NCBI GenBank assembly: GCA_965235115.1
Contig: OZ249452.1
Span: 12,772,001 to 12,836,000 of the forward strand
Source of the DNA: Laetmonice hystrix
Taxonomy: Eukaryota
Length of the DNA stretch: 64,000 nt
Direction of reading: 5' to 3'
In this document: in pieces, positions 39,241-49,984 of the stretch
Position numbering within the stretch: the first letter of the stretch is position 1
How the letters are laid out: each line of letters opens with the position of its first letter
The notes under the pieces: model-generated
Database searches by the model: none
Seen by the model: only the letters and a program-made list of their open reading frames with translations
Told to the model about the DNA's origin: nothing
Position numbers and translations under genes: made by a program

Positions 39241-42200
39241 CTGTGACGGTAAGAATGCCTGCCGTCTGTGCAGTACCCAAGGCATTGCTAGCCTTACAGA
39301 TGTACTCCCCCTCATCGTCTGGCAGCGTCTTCCTGATGACCAACGTGTGAGTTCCGTCAGGCCTTGACTTGAACTCGTACAGGGTGAGGTCGGTGACCTC
39401 CTCTCCGTCACAGTACCAGGTGACCTTCGGGGCGGGTTCACCAAAGATGCAGCACTCCAGCCGGACACTTTGGCCCCCGGAAACGGTCTTATCTAAGAGG
39501 GTCCTTAATACGGTGGGCTTCATAGTGGGTTTGGCTGGGCGGGATTCAGTTAAATCAACCCTCATTTCAAGATCAGTTTGGGAGATAGTGTGGGTCTCCT
39601 TGGTAACCTCAACGGACCCCCCTTGGACTTCTTGCAGGATTTCCTTCTTGACCTCCTCTCTGACCTCCAACTGCTCTTCCCTAGATGTTTCATCCCTTTC
39701 AACATCTACACTAATATCTCCATTGACCAGCTTTTCAACCTGCACAACTTCTTCCTTTAATTCCTTTGAAACGTCAACACTAGTTTTTTCTTTGCCCTCA
39801 AGCTCTTCATTCATGCTCTTTTCAACCTGCAACGTTCTTTCAATTTCAACTGAAACCTCCTGTGTAACTTCCTTCTGCATTCTCTTGGTCATTTCCTGAG
39901 CCTCAACCGACAAGTCAACTTCAGTTTCCCTAGTTTCCCTCTGAGATACAGCTCTATCAACTGAAATCTCCTCCTTGACAACTCTTTCAATTCTTTGAGA
40001 CATTTCCCCAGATATTTCTTCTTCTAAAATTTTCTCAGACTGAATATTTCTTTGAGCATCAAAAGCAACCTCCTCCATGACCTTCCTCTCAAACATCGTG
40101 TCTTGTTTCCTAGCATCAACAGACATTTCAGCAATGTTCTCTCTTTCAGCAACCACAGTTTCCTCAATCACCTCTCTTTCCTCCTCTGTTGAGCGTTTTC
40201 TATTTAAGACTTTCCCCTCTATACCAACAGTAACTTCTTGGATCAACATTCTTTGCGTTCGCTTCCCTATTTCTTGGGCTTCTTGAGAAGATTCAACTAC
40301 AACCTCTCTTTCAATCTCAAGTGTCCTTTCAATCTCTCTTTTAGGTATAGCTCTCCTTTCAATGTCTACTGAAACCTCTTGATTGATTTGTTTTTGAGTT
40401 CTTCTCGCAATATCTGAAACTTCCTTGGTATCGATCTCATCCCTGGTCTCCTCCATAAGTTGCTCTGACTGAACACCTTTCTCAATCTCAACCACGACCT
40501 CCTCTGTTACCTGCTTCTTAACCTCACCCTTATCAACTTTGTCAATCATTTTCTCCTCAACTATCATCCTCTCTTGAATCTCCATGAAAGGAGTCTGCAA
40601 TTTCATTTCCGGGAAAGCCGCCTGAATTACCGTTTCCTCGAATAAATGAGAAGCTGGAAGCTCTTCAGTGAATGTTTCAGCCACAGGCTTAAACTCATAC
40701 TCCTCACTTTCAGCCCTTGGTGCCTGAGCAAACACTTCTTTGGGAGCCTCTACAGTCACCTCCTCATGGATCTCCTGGGAAATCTTTTCTACAACCTCTC
40801 TGTCAATAACCTTCTCCTGGAACGTCCTAGCTACATCAATCACTTGGGATTGAGTCTCTTCCATGAAGGAGAATGTATCTGTGACTTGTTCTAGTACTAA
40901 TTCAGTGGAATCCTGTCTTGGAACTGCTGAGTGAGCTGGCTTTCTTATCTCTTCAACCACCTCCTCCCGCACTACTTTAGAAACCTCTGGGCCCTTTATC
41001 TCTTCTCTGACCATTTTTTCCTCCTTCATGTATTCTGAGATCTCCTCAGATACTTGTTTCGTTACCTGCATGGCCTCCTCGTTCTTGCTTTCATAGACCT
41101 GCTGTCCTTGAGTTTCTACCTGCCCCACTCTAGTTTCTGTTTCATTTGACTCAGCATAAGCAAAGGCAGCTTCAGTTTTTCTTGCATGGGCCTCAGCATA
41201 CCTCTCATGTGCCTGTTTAAAGGCAGCCTGAGCATACTGACGTTGACTCTCCTCCTTCGACACCTTTATGTATTGAGTGTATTCAGTTACCTCCATAAAG
41301 TGTTCCATCAGCTCATCAAATTGGAACACTTCAGTATAGCCTCCCCCGGCTTTCTTAAGGTCTGAATCAATTACAGTAATCTGAACTTCTTCAATACTGG
41401 TATCGGGTAGAGATTCAATGTCTTCAGCTATCTCATGGGGTATGTCTGGCTGAGCAAGTGTCTCAACTGCCATAACTTTAGCCGTCTTAATCTGAGCCTG
41501 TTTCTCTACGATCTGGTCTTCAGCTAGTTCTATCTCAGTATCAGAGACATTCAGTGCCTCCTCTTCATCAATTACTTCTGCAATTTGTACAGTTTCTTTG
41601 GGAACCACTGGAGCGACAGCAACTTTCTGTAGAGACTTTTCCTCTACTAGGTGCTCCATGGTTTCTTCCAACAGAACCTCATGTACATCTTCAATGTCTT
41701 CAGGTGAAACGTGCTCCTCAGCAACACCTATCTGTTCGGGCACTCGGTCTATGACCATTGCTTTATCTTCAAGTTTTATGTCAATAACTTCTACAGGGGC
41801 TTCTTCAGTAAGAACTTCACTAACCTCCTGTATAAAGTCCTCTTTGACCTCTTCATGCACCTCGGGAGTCTGTTCTGGCATTCTCTCATTAATAAGAGGA
41901 CACTGACAATCTAGCTGGCTAAGGATCAACTCTACAGGGGCTTCCTCAGAAACAGTCTCATCAACCTCAAACACTATATCTTCTGGAACCTCCTCTTTTG
42001 TTTCAATCGTCAACTCTGGGATCCTTTCTGCCACTAAAACCTCACCATCCATTGGGTTATCTGTCATCTTTTCTGGGACCTCCTCTTGTGGTATCTCTGA
42101 AACATCCTCTGTGTCTTCCACAGGATTAACCTCAGCTGCCTGGGGTGTTAATTCTGGAACTCTATCACTGACCTCAGCCAGAACTTCTGGTTCTTTCTCA

Positions 42201-44115
42201 ACTACCTCCTCACCTGGGGTGCCCTCTGGTACTGTTTCCTTAATAACTACTGCCTCTTCTTTGATTACACTCTCTGTCATCTGAGAAACCTCCTCCGGAA
42301 CTGGTTCTGTGCGAGACTCTTTGTCAAAGATCTCGACAGGGATCTGTTCAGGGGCATGTTCTGGTTGCTTTGCAACAGATTCCCCAGGCAACTGTTCCGA
42401 GGGAGTTTCATCAGTATCAAGAACCACTCCGCTTGGGATCTCATCCATAAACTCAAAGGTCTCTTGTGGAATCCTGTCAGAGACTTCCACAAATTTATCT
42501 TCTTTCGGCTTGAGGACTTCCTCCACCACCTCTGAAACCTCTACCTCAGGAACATTATTTGGGGCATCCACTGGGACCTCCTCCGAAATCTCAATAGTTT
42601 GTGTTAAGATCCTCTCCGAAACTGTCCCCTTATATTTCTTTTCCTCCTCAACATCCTCTTTCTTGGGTGATTCCTCCTCAACTGTTTCAGAAAGACCTAC
42701 GGCCTTTTCCACCCCAACAGGCTCAACTACCTCAGAAACATTTTTGGGGACTTCCTCTGATAGTGTCTCCTTTTCTAGGATCTCAACGGGAGTCTGGACA
42801 GGAATGAGGTCTGGGCTCTTATTTATCGATTCCCCTGGGAGTTCCTCCTCTGGAGCTGATTCAACTTCTTCAATTTTATCAACAATTACTTCCTCAGTAA
42901 CTTCTGCTGTTTGCTCTACTGATCTATCAGCAACCTCTACCACTTTAGGAGCGACACTTGGAATCTCAACTACCTCAGTTTGTTCTGTAGAAACCTCAAG
43001 AGCTGATTCAACTTTATCAACAGTTACTTCCTCAGTAACTTCTGCTGTTTGCTCTACTGATCTATCAGCAACCTCTACCACTTTAGGAGCGACACTTGGA
43101 ATCTCAACTACCTCAGTTTGTTCTGTAGAAACCTCAACAACATCCTCAGCAGATTCTTCTAGAACAGCCTCAATGACTCCCTCAAAAGCTCTTTTAGTTT
43201 TGACTAACTCTAGAATTTCTTCTACGGTTTTCTCTTGAATGACTGTTTCTGAATACTCAACTACTACTTCTGATGAGATTTCCTCTTGCTTTTCAACCAC
43301 ATGCTTCAAGTCAACCTGCTGAGCTTCAACTTCTTCTGGGCGCTCTTCCGATAGAGTCTCAGAGACCCCTAGAACCTTTCCTTTCAGAATCTGCTCTATA
43401 ACCTCTGATGTCATTTCTGGGGTAAGCCCGGTGAAATCTTCTTTTTCTAAGAGATCAACTGGGGTTTTTTCTACAGTACGCATTGACATTTCATCAGTGA
43501 CCTGTTCCTGGCCCTCTTCTGATCCTAGCACAGGAACTTGGTCCAAAGGCTCATCATCTAATGGTTTATCTACTTTTTCAGAGACAAGAGTCTCAGTGTA
43601 AACCCTGCATGCTAGATCACGATAAGGTTCATCAATAAGCTCCTCAGAGATCGTTTCTGAGAATGTTTCGGGAGCTTCTTCAAAGACATCTTCATCCTCC
43701 TGCTCAACCTCTTCATCAACACGATGTGGTGCTGGAACCGGTGCTTCGACCATTGGAGCTGGCTCGGGTAGGATGAACTCTGAAATAGGCTCAGGTTCAG
43801 GTAAAATTAATTCTTCGTCTACTGGCGCAGGGACCTGGTACCACTCGGGCACATCTGGAATAGGACGCTCGGCGACAGGTTGTGGCTCCGGGATAATTGG
43901 CTCCTCATCAACTGGAACTGGAAGGTCGACTTCATCATAAAGCGATGAATCGGAGGTGTAGTCATCTGTTGTTAGATCTGTTTCCTCACCTTTAGTCTCC
44001 GTTTTTGCAACCTGCATTGTTGTTTCAGTTCGACTCATGGCAACCTCGGATTTCTCCACCTCGACTGTTGTCTTCGTGGTATAGGTCGTTTCTTCCATCG
44101 TTTCTGTGACCTCCT
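39241..44115 (-). CDS. Exon (4875 nt, phase 1-1): E/V/P-rich segment with degenerate ~46-aa repeats, ending in an Ig domain (~39242-39516)
   Basis: Acceptor acttgagcag|AG at 44116-17; donor G|GTGTGT at 39235-40; matches the 1700-aa ORF; VRLECCIFGEPAPKVTWY...DDEGEYICKASN. Confidence 0.9.
42875..43137 (-). repeat. Near-perfect 138-bp (46-aa) tandem duplication within the 4875-nt exon
   Basis: cttctgctgtttgctc at 42901 and 43039; EVSTEQTEVVEIPSVAPKVVEVADRSVEQTAEVTEEV occurs twice. Confidence 0.93.
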
Positions 44116-45458
44116 CTGCTCAAGTAAAAAAGTTTACTTAAAAGCATAGTGTCAGAAGCAGCATAAATAGGGAACACATTTGGTATCTATTAACATATAT
44201 GTATGTTGTAGAAAAGAAACACTGAAAAAAATAGTGAAATGTATAATTTCTGGTCTACAAGAGGACGAAATTGTCAGAAAATGAAATTGCGCGTACACAA
44301 ACATTGCGCCTTTTGGGGGATGAAACTTCACAACAGTTTTTCTATATTTTGTGTTCATTTGTTTTGGTTTTAGTTGCAGCTATAAAATAACGACTGTCCT
44401 TTGATGGGGGTCGATATAAATGTGTGTTTTGCATTGTTTTATGTATGTTGGAACCCATTTCACATTCACTCACACATTCAGAGCAATCACTCTTCTTTGA
44501 CGTTTTAGCTGGACCGAGTGGCAGCTAGGGATACTGAGCAGGATTAGATCAACCCTTTTAAGTAATGCAGCAACATACAAATCTTCAAGACAGAAAATTT
44601 GAAAAAGTCCATAACAAGTTTCTACCATATTTACATCTTTCTAGTGATACAATCGTGTACAAAATATAAACAAAGGGACATATAAATAGATAAATAAAAC
44701 CAAGGCTTTTCTTCACACGTTTGGCAGTCGTTTGTCAATAAGCTGCATGCTCCAACTAGGTTGAGATCACTGATCCAGACTCACGTTTCGTTCAGGTTCA
44801 TTATAAACTGATTGACATGTTTGAAGGTTCGTCTTCTCTCATAATATTTACATTTTTCAAAACCTGATCACATGCAGTAATTGGACTTGGCGGTGTAGAT
44901 TAAGATCCGGTGTTGGGTGCACGATTTGATGAGAATGGGAGATTCTGTCTTGCAGGGAGTCTGATGTATATGATGGTGTGTGATGGACATAACAACATCA
45001 ACTCTTCCACTACATTCACACAAGGTTACTTCCCACATCCTTTTGCTTCTGCATCCTTCATTCAGATAACAATGACATTTAACCACTTGTTCTTCTGAGG
45101 TGAAGAAAAATTCAAGCCCATGATTTTCTTGTTGCTTTTTCACCTTTTACATAAAATCCGTAGAAACATTTTGGTGCCTATGCCGACTGACATGTTCATA
45201 CTACATTTTGCTGGCCACAGACCAACCTCTAAAACATGCAAGGGGTCCTCAACTCTTTGCATACTTTTGATTGTACAACATAACACGTTGTAAGAAGCAG
45301 GTACAAAATTACAAAGTGTAATATACAAAACCATTCAAGTTGATTTTGTATATCATTTGTAACACTACACTCCAGGAATGAGAAACAAGTAAGGAAAAAA
45401 CAAAAAATCTGTGTTTTTTGTTTTGTTTCTTTGTGCTGATCAACGGTTGTAAACTTAC

Positions 45459-45519
45459 CCAGCAGTTACGCATCCAGTGTCAGTAAAAACTCGCAGGTTC
45501 ATGAAGAAGTCAAATCCTC
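45459..45519 (-). CDS. Possible 61-nt exon (phase 1-2; GFDFFMNLRVFTDTGCVTA)
   Basis: Acceptor gtgtag at 45520-21 and donor GG|GTAAGT at 45453-58. Only the phase-1 frame is open; the other two contain TGA. Confidence 0.3.
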
Positions 45520-45796
45520 CTACACGCATGCAGGTTTGAAGGCAAAAATCACCTTTCTAAAAAATGACAAACATGAACAACGGGGTACAACTAGAACAAG
45601 GAACATGCTTTCTGGCTTTTATTGTATTTACTAACTCGAAGATGGTTCACAGAATATTCATTTCATTTGTAATATCCCTGTAACATCTTCCGTGCATTTC
45701 ATGCTAAAGATCTCTAGTTCTCTCAACACATTCACAATGACACAATCGGTCCCAAGTAAAACTGATGCAATACTTCACGCCAAACAACCGCTACAA

Positions 45797-45942
45797 TTAT
45801 TTCCATGTTTTCATAACTAGAGAGACATGACTTCGATTGTTTCTGTGAAAAGCTGTAATAGAATGACATTTTGTTTTCAGCGACATGACAAGACCCCGAG
45901 ATACAGTATCACCGCGCTTGGAAAACAGTCCTTGTGGAACTG
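45797..45942 (-). CDS. Candidate alternative terminal exon: VPQGLFSKRGDTVSRGLVMSLKTKCHSITAFHRNNRSHVSLVMKTWK*
   Basis: Very strong acceptor (tttcttttttttaattttctatcctgcag|CAG, a NAGNAG) at 45943-44; open in phase 1 to TAA 45797-99; AATAAA on the minus strand at 45618-23. Confidence 0.35.
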
Positions 45943-47221
45943 CTGCAGGATAGAAAATTAAAAAAAAGAAATATATAAAAAAAAGTATCACAGAAATGAT
46001 GCTCTCAGGTTTCTGGATTATTTCATGACCAGTTTGTCCGGTATAAGGCGTACTTTGGGACCAAGTGTGCAGAAGTGAAGTGTGGATATACAGACAATAA
46101 GGTATTAATATTCAACTCCTGAATATTCAACACCATTCAGTCAAGTCAACACATTATCTACATATTAATGATGCAGATAACCTCATTGGTGTTACTCACA
46201 AAAGTGCATTTAGCAATGGTAGCCATACTGCAGGTATAGCTAGTGCATACTCAATCCATACTAGGCAAAATATACTTTAAACAAAAGTACACTGTTAAGT
46301 GTCCCTCTGCATTTACACCGTGACAATAGAAACAATAAATGGTACAGTACGGAACTAAATAATAAGCGTTGGTACATTTTGCTTAATGTTTATATAAAGA
46401 AAATCATGTTTTGGGACAAAGTAATATTTCAAAGAACTTAGATAAATACAAAATGCAAAGGTATGAGAACACATTTCTCTCTAGCTACATAATGCCTAGT
46501 GTGGATGTGGGTTTCGTTAGCGCCACCTTCAGGGAAACCATTGAACCATGCACATGATAACCAGCTGACATTTTGGCAGGTTTGGGGGAGCAGGATGCAC
46601 CGTCCTCAAAATAAAGCATTTCAACCCAATGCACAATATTACCAGCTTGTGGAATAGAAATATATAATAAATTCGGATAGATGGGAGTGAATAATAGAAG
46701 AGCAAATAATATACCGCTATACTATACCCTTGTTTTTCTGTCGTTTTCTAAGGCAGCCTGGCATTGCGTCAAGCCGTCGAACATATGCACCAAAATGAAC
46801 CTGTCTTACATGTAAAACTCTATGATTGGAAACAGCTATAATAACCCATCCTTTCAAAACGGGCATTATAGACTCCAGGTTCAGATAGGTTAATGGAAGA
46901 AGTGGTTATTTGTCATTAAAATCACTCTTTCCTGATGTACACTCTTTCTGAGTTACAACTAAGATTCAGGACTTTTATAGAGTTCAATCCACTTTTTATT
47001 TCAGGTAAAGCTCTCCGTACAAAACCTGAAGTCACACATCCAGACGTCCCCCAACCTTATGCTTAACTTTTGGACTAGTTTACACCATGGACGGATGTTT
47101 TATCAAAATGTATTGACACTTGTTAAGACGTGCTCCGCTCCATACCTCATACCTGCCAAACTGTACAATCTGGATTGTATTTTGCCACACAACTGAAAGT
47201 CTTCCCAAAACTGCCACTTAC

Positions 47222-47259
47222 AGCTACAACAAAGCAGTTTAAATGCACGACGAGGTTAT
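47222..47259 (-). CDS. Possible 38-nt micro-exon (phase 1-0; NLVVHLNCFVVA)
   Basis: Perfect donor GTAAGT (plus strand 47216-21) and possible acceptor ccacaag at 47260-61; open in phase 1. No partner phase-0 exon was confidently identified. Confidence 0.2.
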
Positions 47260-48033
47260 CTTGTGGTAACACGAGGTTTACACACAACAGTTTGAAACAT
47301 TTTTATTTGATGGCTTTGTACTGAAGGATCGGGGTCACATTACAAGGTTGGAAACATGACCGATTTTATCATTTACATAATTGGTTTAAAAAATATTTTG
47401 TAATCATTGTGGTTTCGTTAGTAGCAGTGAGCAGTTTTGAGCGGCCTTCTTACATTAGTGAGCAAGGAAACTTTACAACTGTATTCTAAGGCTTTTGTTA
47501 GAAGATTGCACACGACCACTAATGGTAATGATCACCATAGCATTCTCTTCATACGTCTCAAGGCACATAGCTGTGTCTATGGATAAACTGGTGACAACAA
47601 AATCTGGCTTGTTTGTAATTTCCAAGTCATGGAGATGACAGTTGCTGCATAGTGACCTGCAGCTTGAATGACACTGAAAGACTTTTACACCACTGCCATT
47701 CACATCGTAGCTTTCACACTCTAAAGTGTTTCACTCTTGTGACACAAGTGGCTATATATATCCCATTCATCACAAAAGAAATACAACCGTCTATGGGATT
47801 CTTCATGTTATAATGTATGTAGATGACGTTATGATCTTCAGATAACTCTACAAAATAACAGCGTATGAGTGTCAATAATAGGGAGTCCCGGCCACTGTGA
47901 AAAGACCCAAAGGAACTGCAAGCTTAGCGCTAGCGCCATCTACAAAACACAAAAACGCAGGCAAGCTCGTAAAACTGCAGCGTGTCGATGTGCCAGACTC
48001 AACGCTTTAACGCCAAGAGCTGAAATTTCCTCT

Positions 48034-48047
48034 GCGCCCTCTAGCTG
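48034..48047 (-). promoter_or_regulatory. CTCF-like motif (CAGCTAGAGGGCGC on the minus strand)
   Basis: Matches the CCASYAGRKGGCRS consensus at 12/14 positions; related cores at 46520-33, 47933-46 and 51197-207. Motif match only. Confidence 0.3.
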
Positions 48048-48509
48048 TCCAAGGGGTTCCACTGGGTCTGGGTGTGTGACTTCATAAACTGAGGCTTGGC
48101 ATTCGGGTTCACTTCCCACAACAGCCACTTTATCAGATTCTAAAAATCAAATAAACCGCCGCCACAATGTCAACAGCACATTTTTTTTTTTTTTTACAAT
48201 GGGAACAATAGCCTTGTCTCTCTAGAATGCGCTCATTGGGGTTTAAGGCCAAACTTGGCGGTAAACACTAGAGGGTCATCTAAGTATTCACCGACAGTTT
48301 CCCTGGATTTATAAAACCGGATTTCTTGAAATGGGCACAAGGACTGGGACACCACCTCAGTGGGTCGTTCCAGTTTTACCAAATTGTCCATATTCTAAAT
48401 CATGAGCACACTTTTTTCAATGAATACTTGAACACTAACCTTACTGCTATGGTTAGTAAACTTACTGCTTCTAAGCAACATGCATCATGGTTGCCTTCAG
48501 GACAAATTT

Positions 48510-49984
48510 GAGTTTGATGAGTGCTGTTGATGGTGGGAACCTGATCCAAGTTCACAATTCTTATTTGTCTGTACATAATGACTGTATTGCGCAAAGCATC
48601 ATGGGACCCATGAAGTCAATTTCCCTACTCAGACTACATAGATTAACAAATACATAATTTTACAAACAAAAGGTGTTCAGAACACAATGTGACTAATAAT
48701 CAACACAAACCAATACAGCTTCCAGTGCAGGTGCAGGGTCAACAAGACAACAGAAATGGGGAAACCAATTTCAGATGCCAAAAATAGCATCAGATAGACT
48801 TCAAAAGAAAGAAAACAGAACGAGTTGAAAAGTAATTAATACAGTTCCCACCTCCATTTCTTCTCTCCCTCTGTGTCCCATGATGCTTTGCTACAGGAAG
48901 TGACCTACTCCTCTAAATTGATTCATTTTTTTCTTCACAGATCAAGGCAGCCATTTTGAGACAACAATACGCAGCACAGTGTACTTGTCACAAGGGAGGA
49001 CCAATCAGATGATTTGTATCTGATAGATCCAAAACCAATCAAGATCTTTGTTTCAGATTGGTGAAACAGAAATGGTCATACAGCCCTGGTCTAGGTAATG
49101 CAGTGAAACTTTGAGATTTTTTTTGGTGCAAGTTAATATGGTTCAAAACTGTTTCCATTCTTCATCAATGATTTTTTCAGAGCTCAGAAAACAAACAAAC
49201 ATATCAAAAAGCTAAACTACCTTGGATCCTCCGCCCTTTTAACACAACATATGAAGAACTGGAGACCTAATGCCACCACAATAACCTCCTTTTTCATGAT
49301 TTGAGATATCAAAGTACACAGACTGGTAACATGAGACACCATCTTTTCTTCTTTTTTTTTGTTTTTTTTCTATAAACTTCAGTCTGGGGCCATCTTTGAG
49401 AAATGCTTCTCCGTTTGCGAGGCGTCATGTTACCAGTGGCACCTAGACCAGGGCAGAAAAGCTACTTGAGGACCATCTAGAAAGTCATCCCTCCAAAAAG
49501 TATCGAAGGGACTGGGTGACGGGGAAGCACCCAGCGAATCAGGACGCACAATTATTGCAAGGAAAACAATTTCTTGGGACAAAGTACACATGAGCAAGAA
49601 ACTTCACACTGCTGACGAAACATGACGGCACGAAATAATTAAACAATCAATGAGATCAGGCGGAATACATCTGATAACAAGCCGGTGACCAATAACCACC
49701 AAGCTGCCAAGAATTTTCAGCAATAACAAAAAAAGGGGACATAAATGCATAAAGGACAAATTCACCAGATAATAATTTAGTACAAAATGGCTGCCACATA
49801 ATCTGCACCCTGATTGGCTACGACTACTGCTACGCTGGATAAATGTGCAATTCTAGACTTGAGCTCAGCAAATGGAGGATGGCAGTTGAGCTTGTTTGGA
49901 AGACGGTCGCCACTTGACGAATATCTCAATCTCAACATCATAGAATTCCTCTAGAATCACTTGCTCAACAGCACTCATCAGCTC
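48510..49984 (-). other. Nested inverted repeats predicting a branched pre-mRNA secondary structure
   Basis: Exact reverse-complement pairs: 48515-30/49965-80 (16 bp), 48591-607/48875-91 (17), 48946-58/49783-95 (13), 49083-96/49441-54 (14) and 49322-34/49425-37 (13). Also imperfect 48979-94/49573-89. All are non-crossing. Confidence 0.7.
49865..49983 (-). CDS. Candidate alternative terminal exon: (K)LMSAVEQVILEEFYDVEIEIFVKWRPSSKQAQLPSSIC*
   Basis: Acceptor ttttctgtgttcag|AG at 49984-85 with a pyrimidine-rich tract upstream. Open in phase 1, which matches the upstream donor at 51310. E/V-rich, ends at TGA 49865-67, and no strong internal donor was seen. Confidence 0.5.

Noticed and set aside
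45877-45942. Phase-0 reading QFHKDCF resembling a LIM-domain motif
   Set aside because: The remaining Cys/His ligands are absent and the frame stops after 21 codons.
48180-48195. Poly-T run as a possible retroposon tail
   Set aside because: No Pol III A/B boxes or target-site duplication were recognised next to it.
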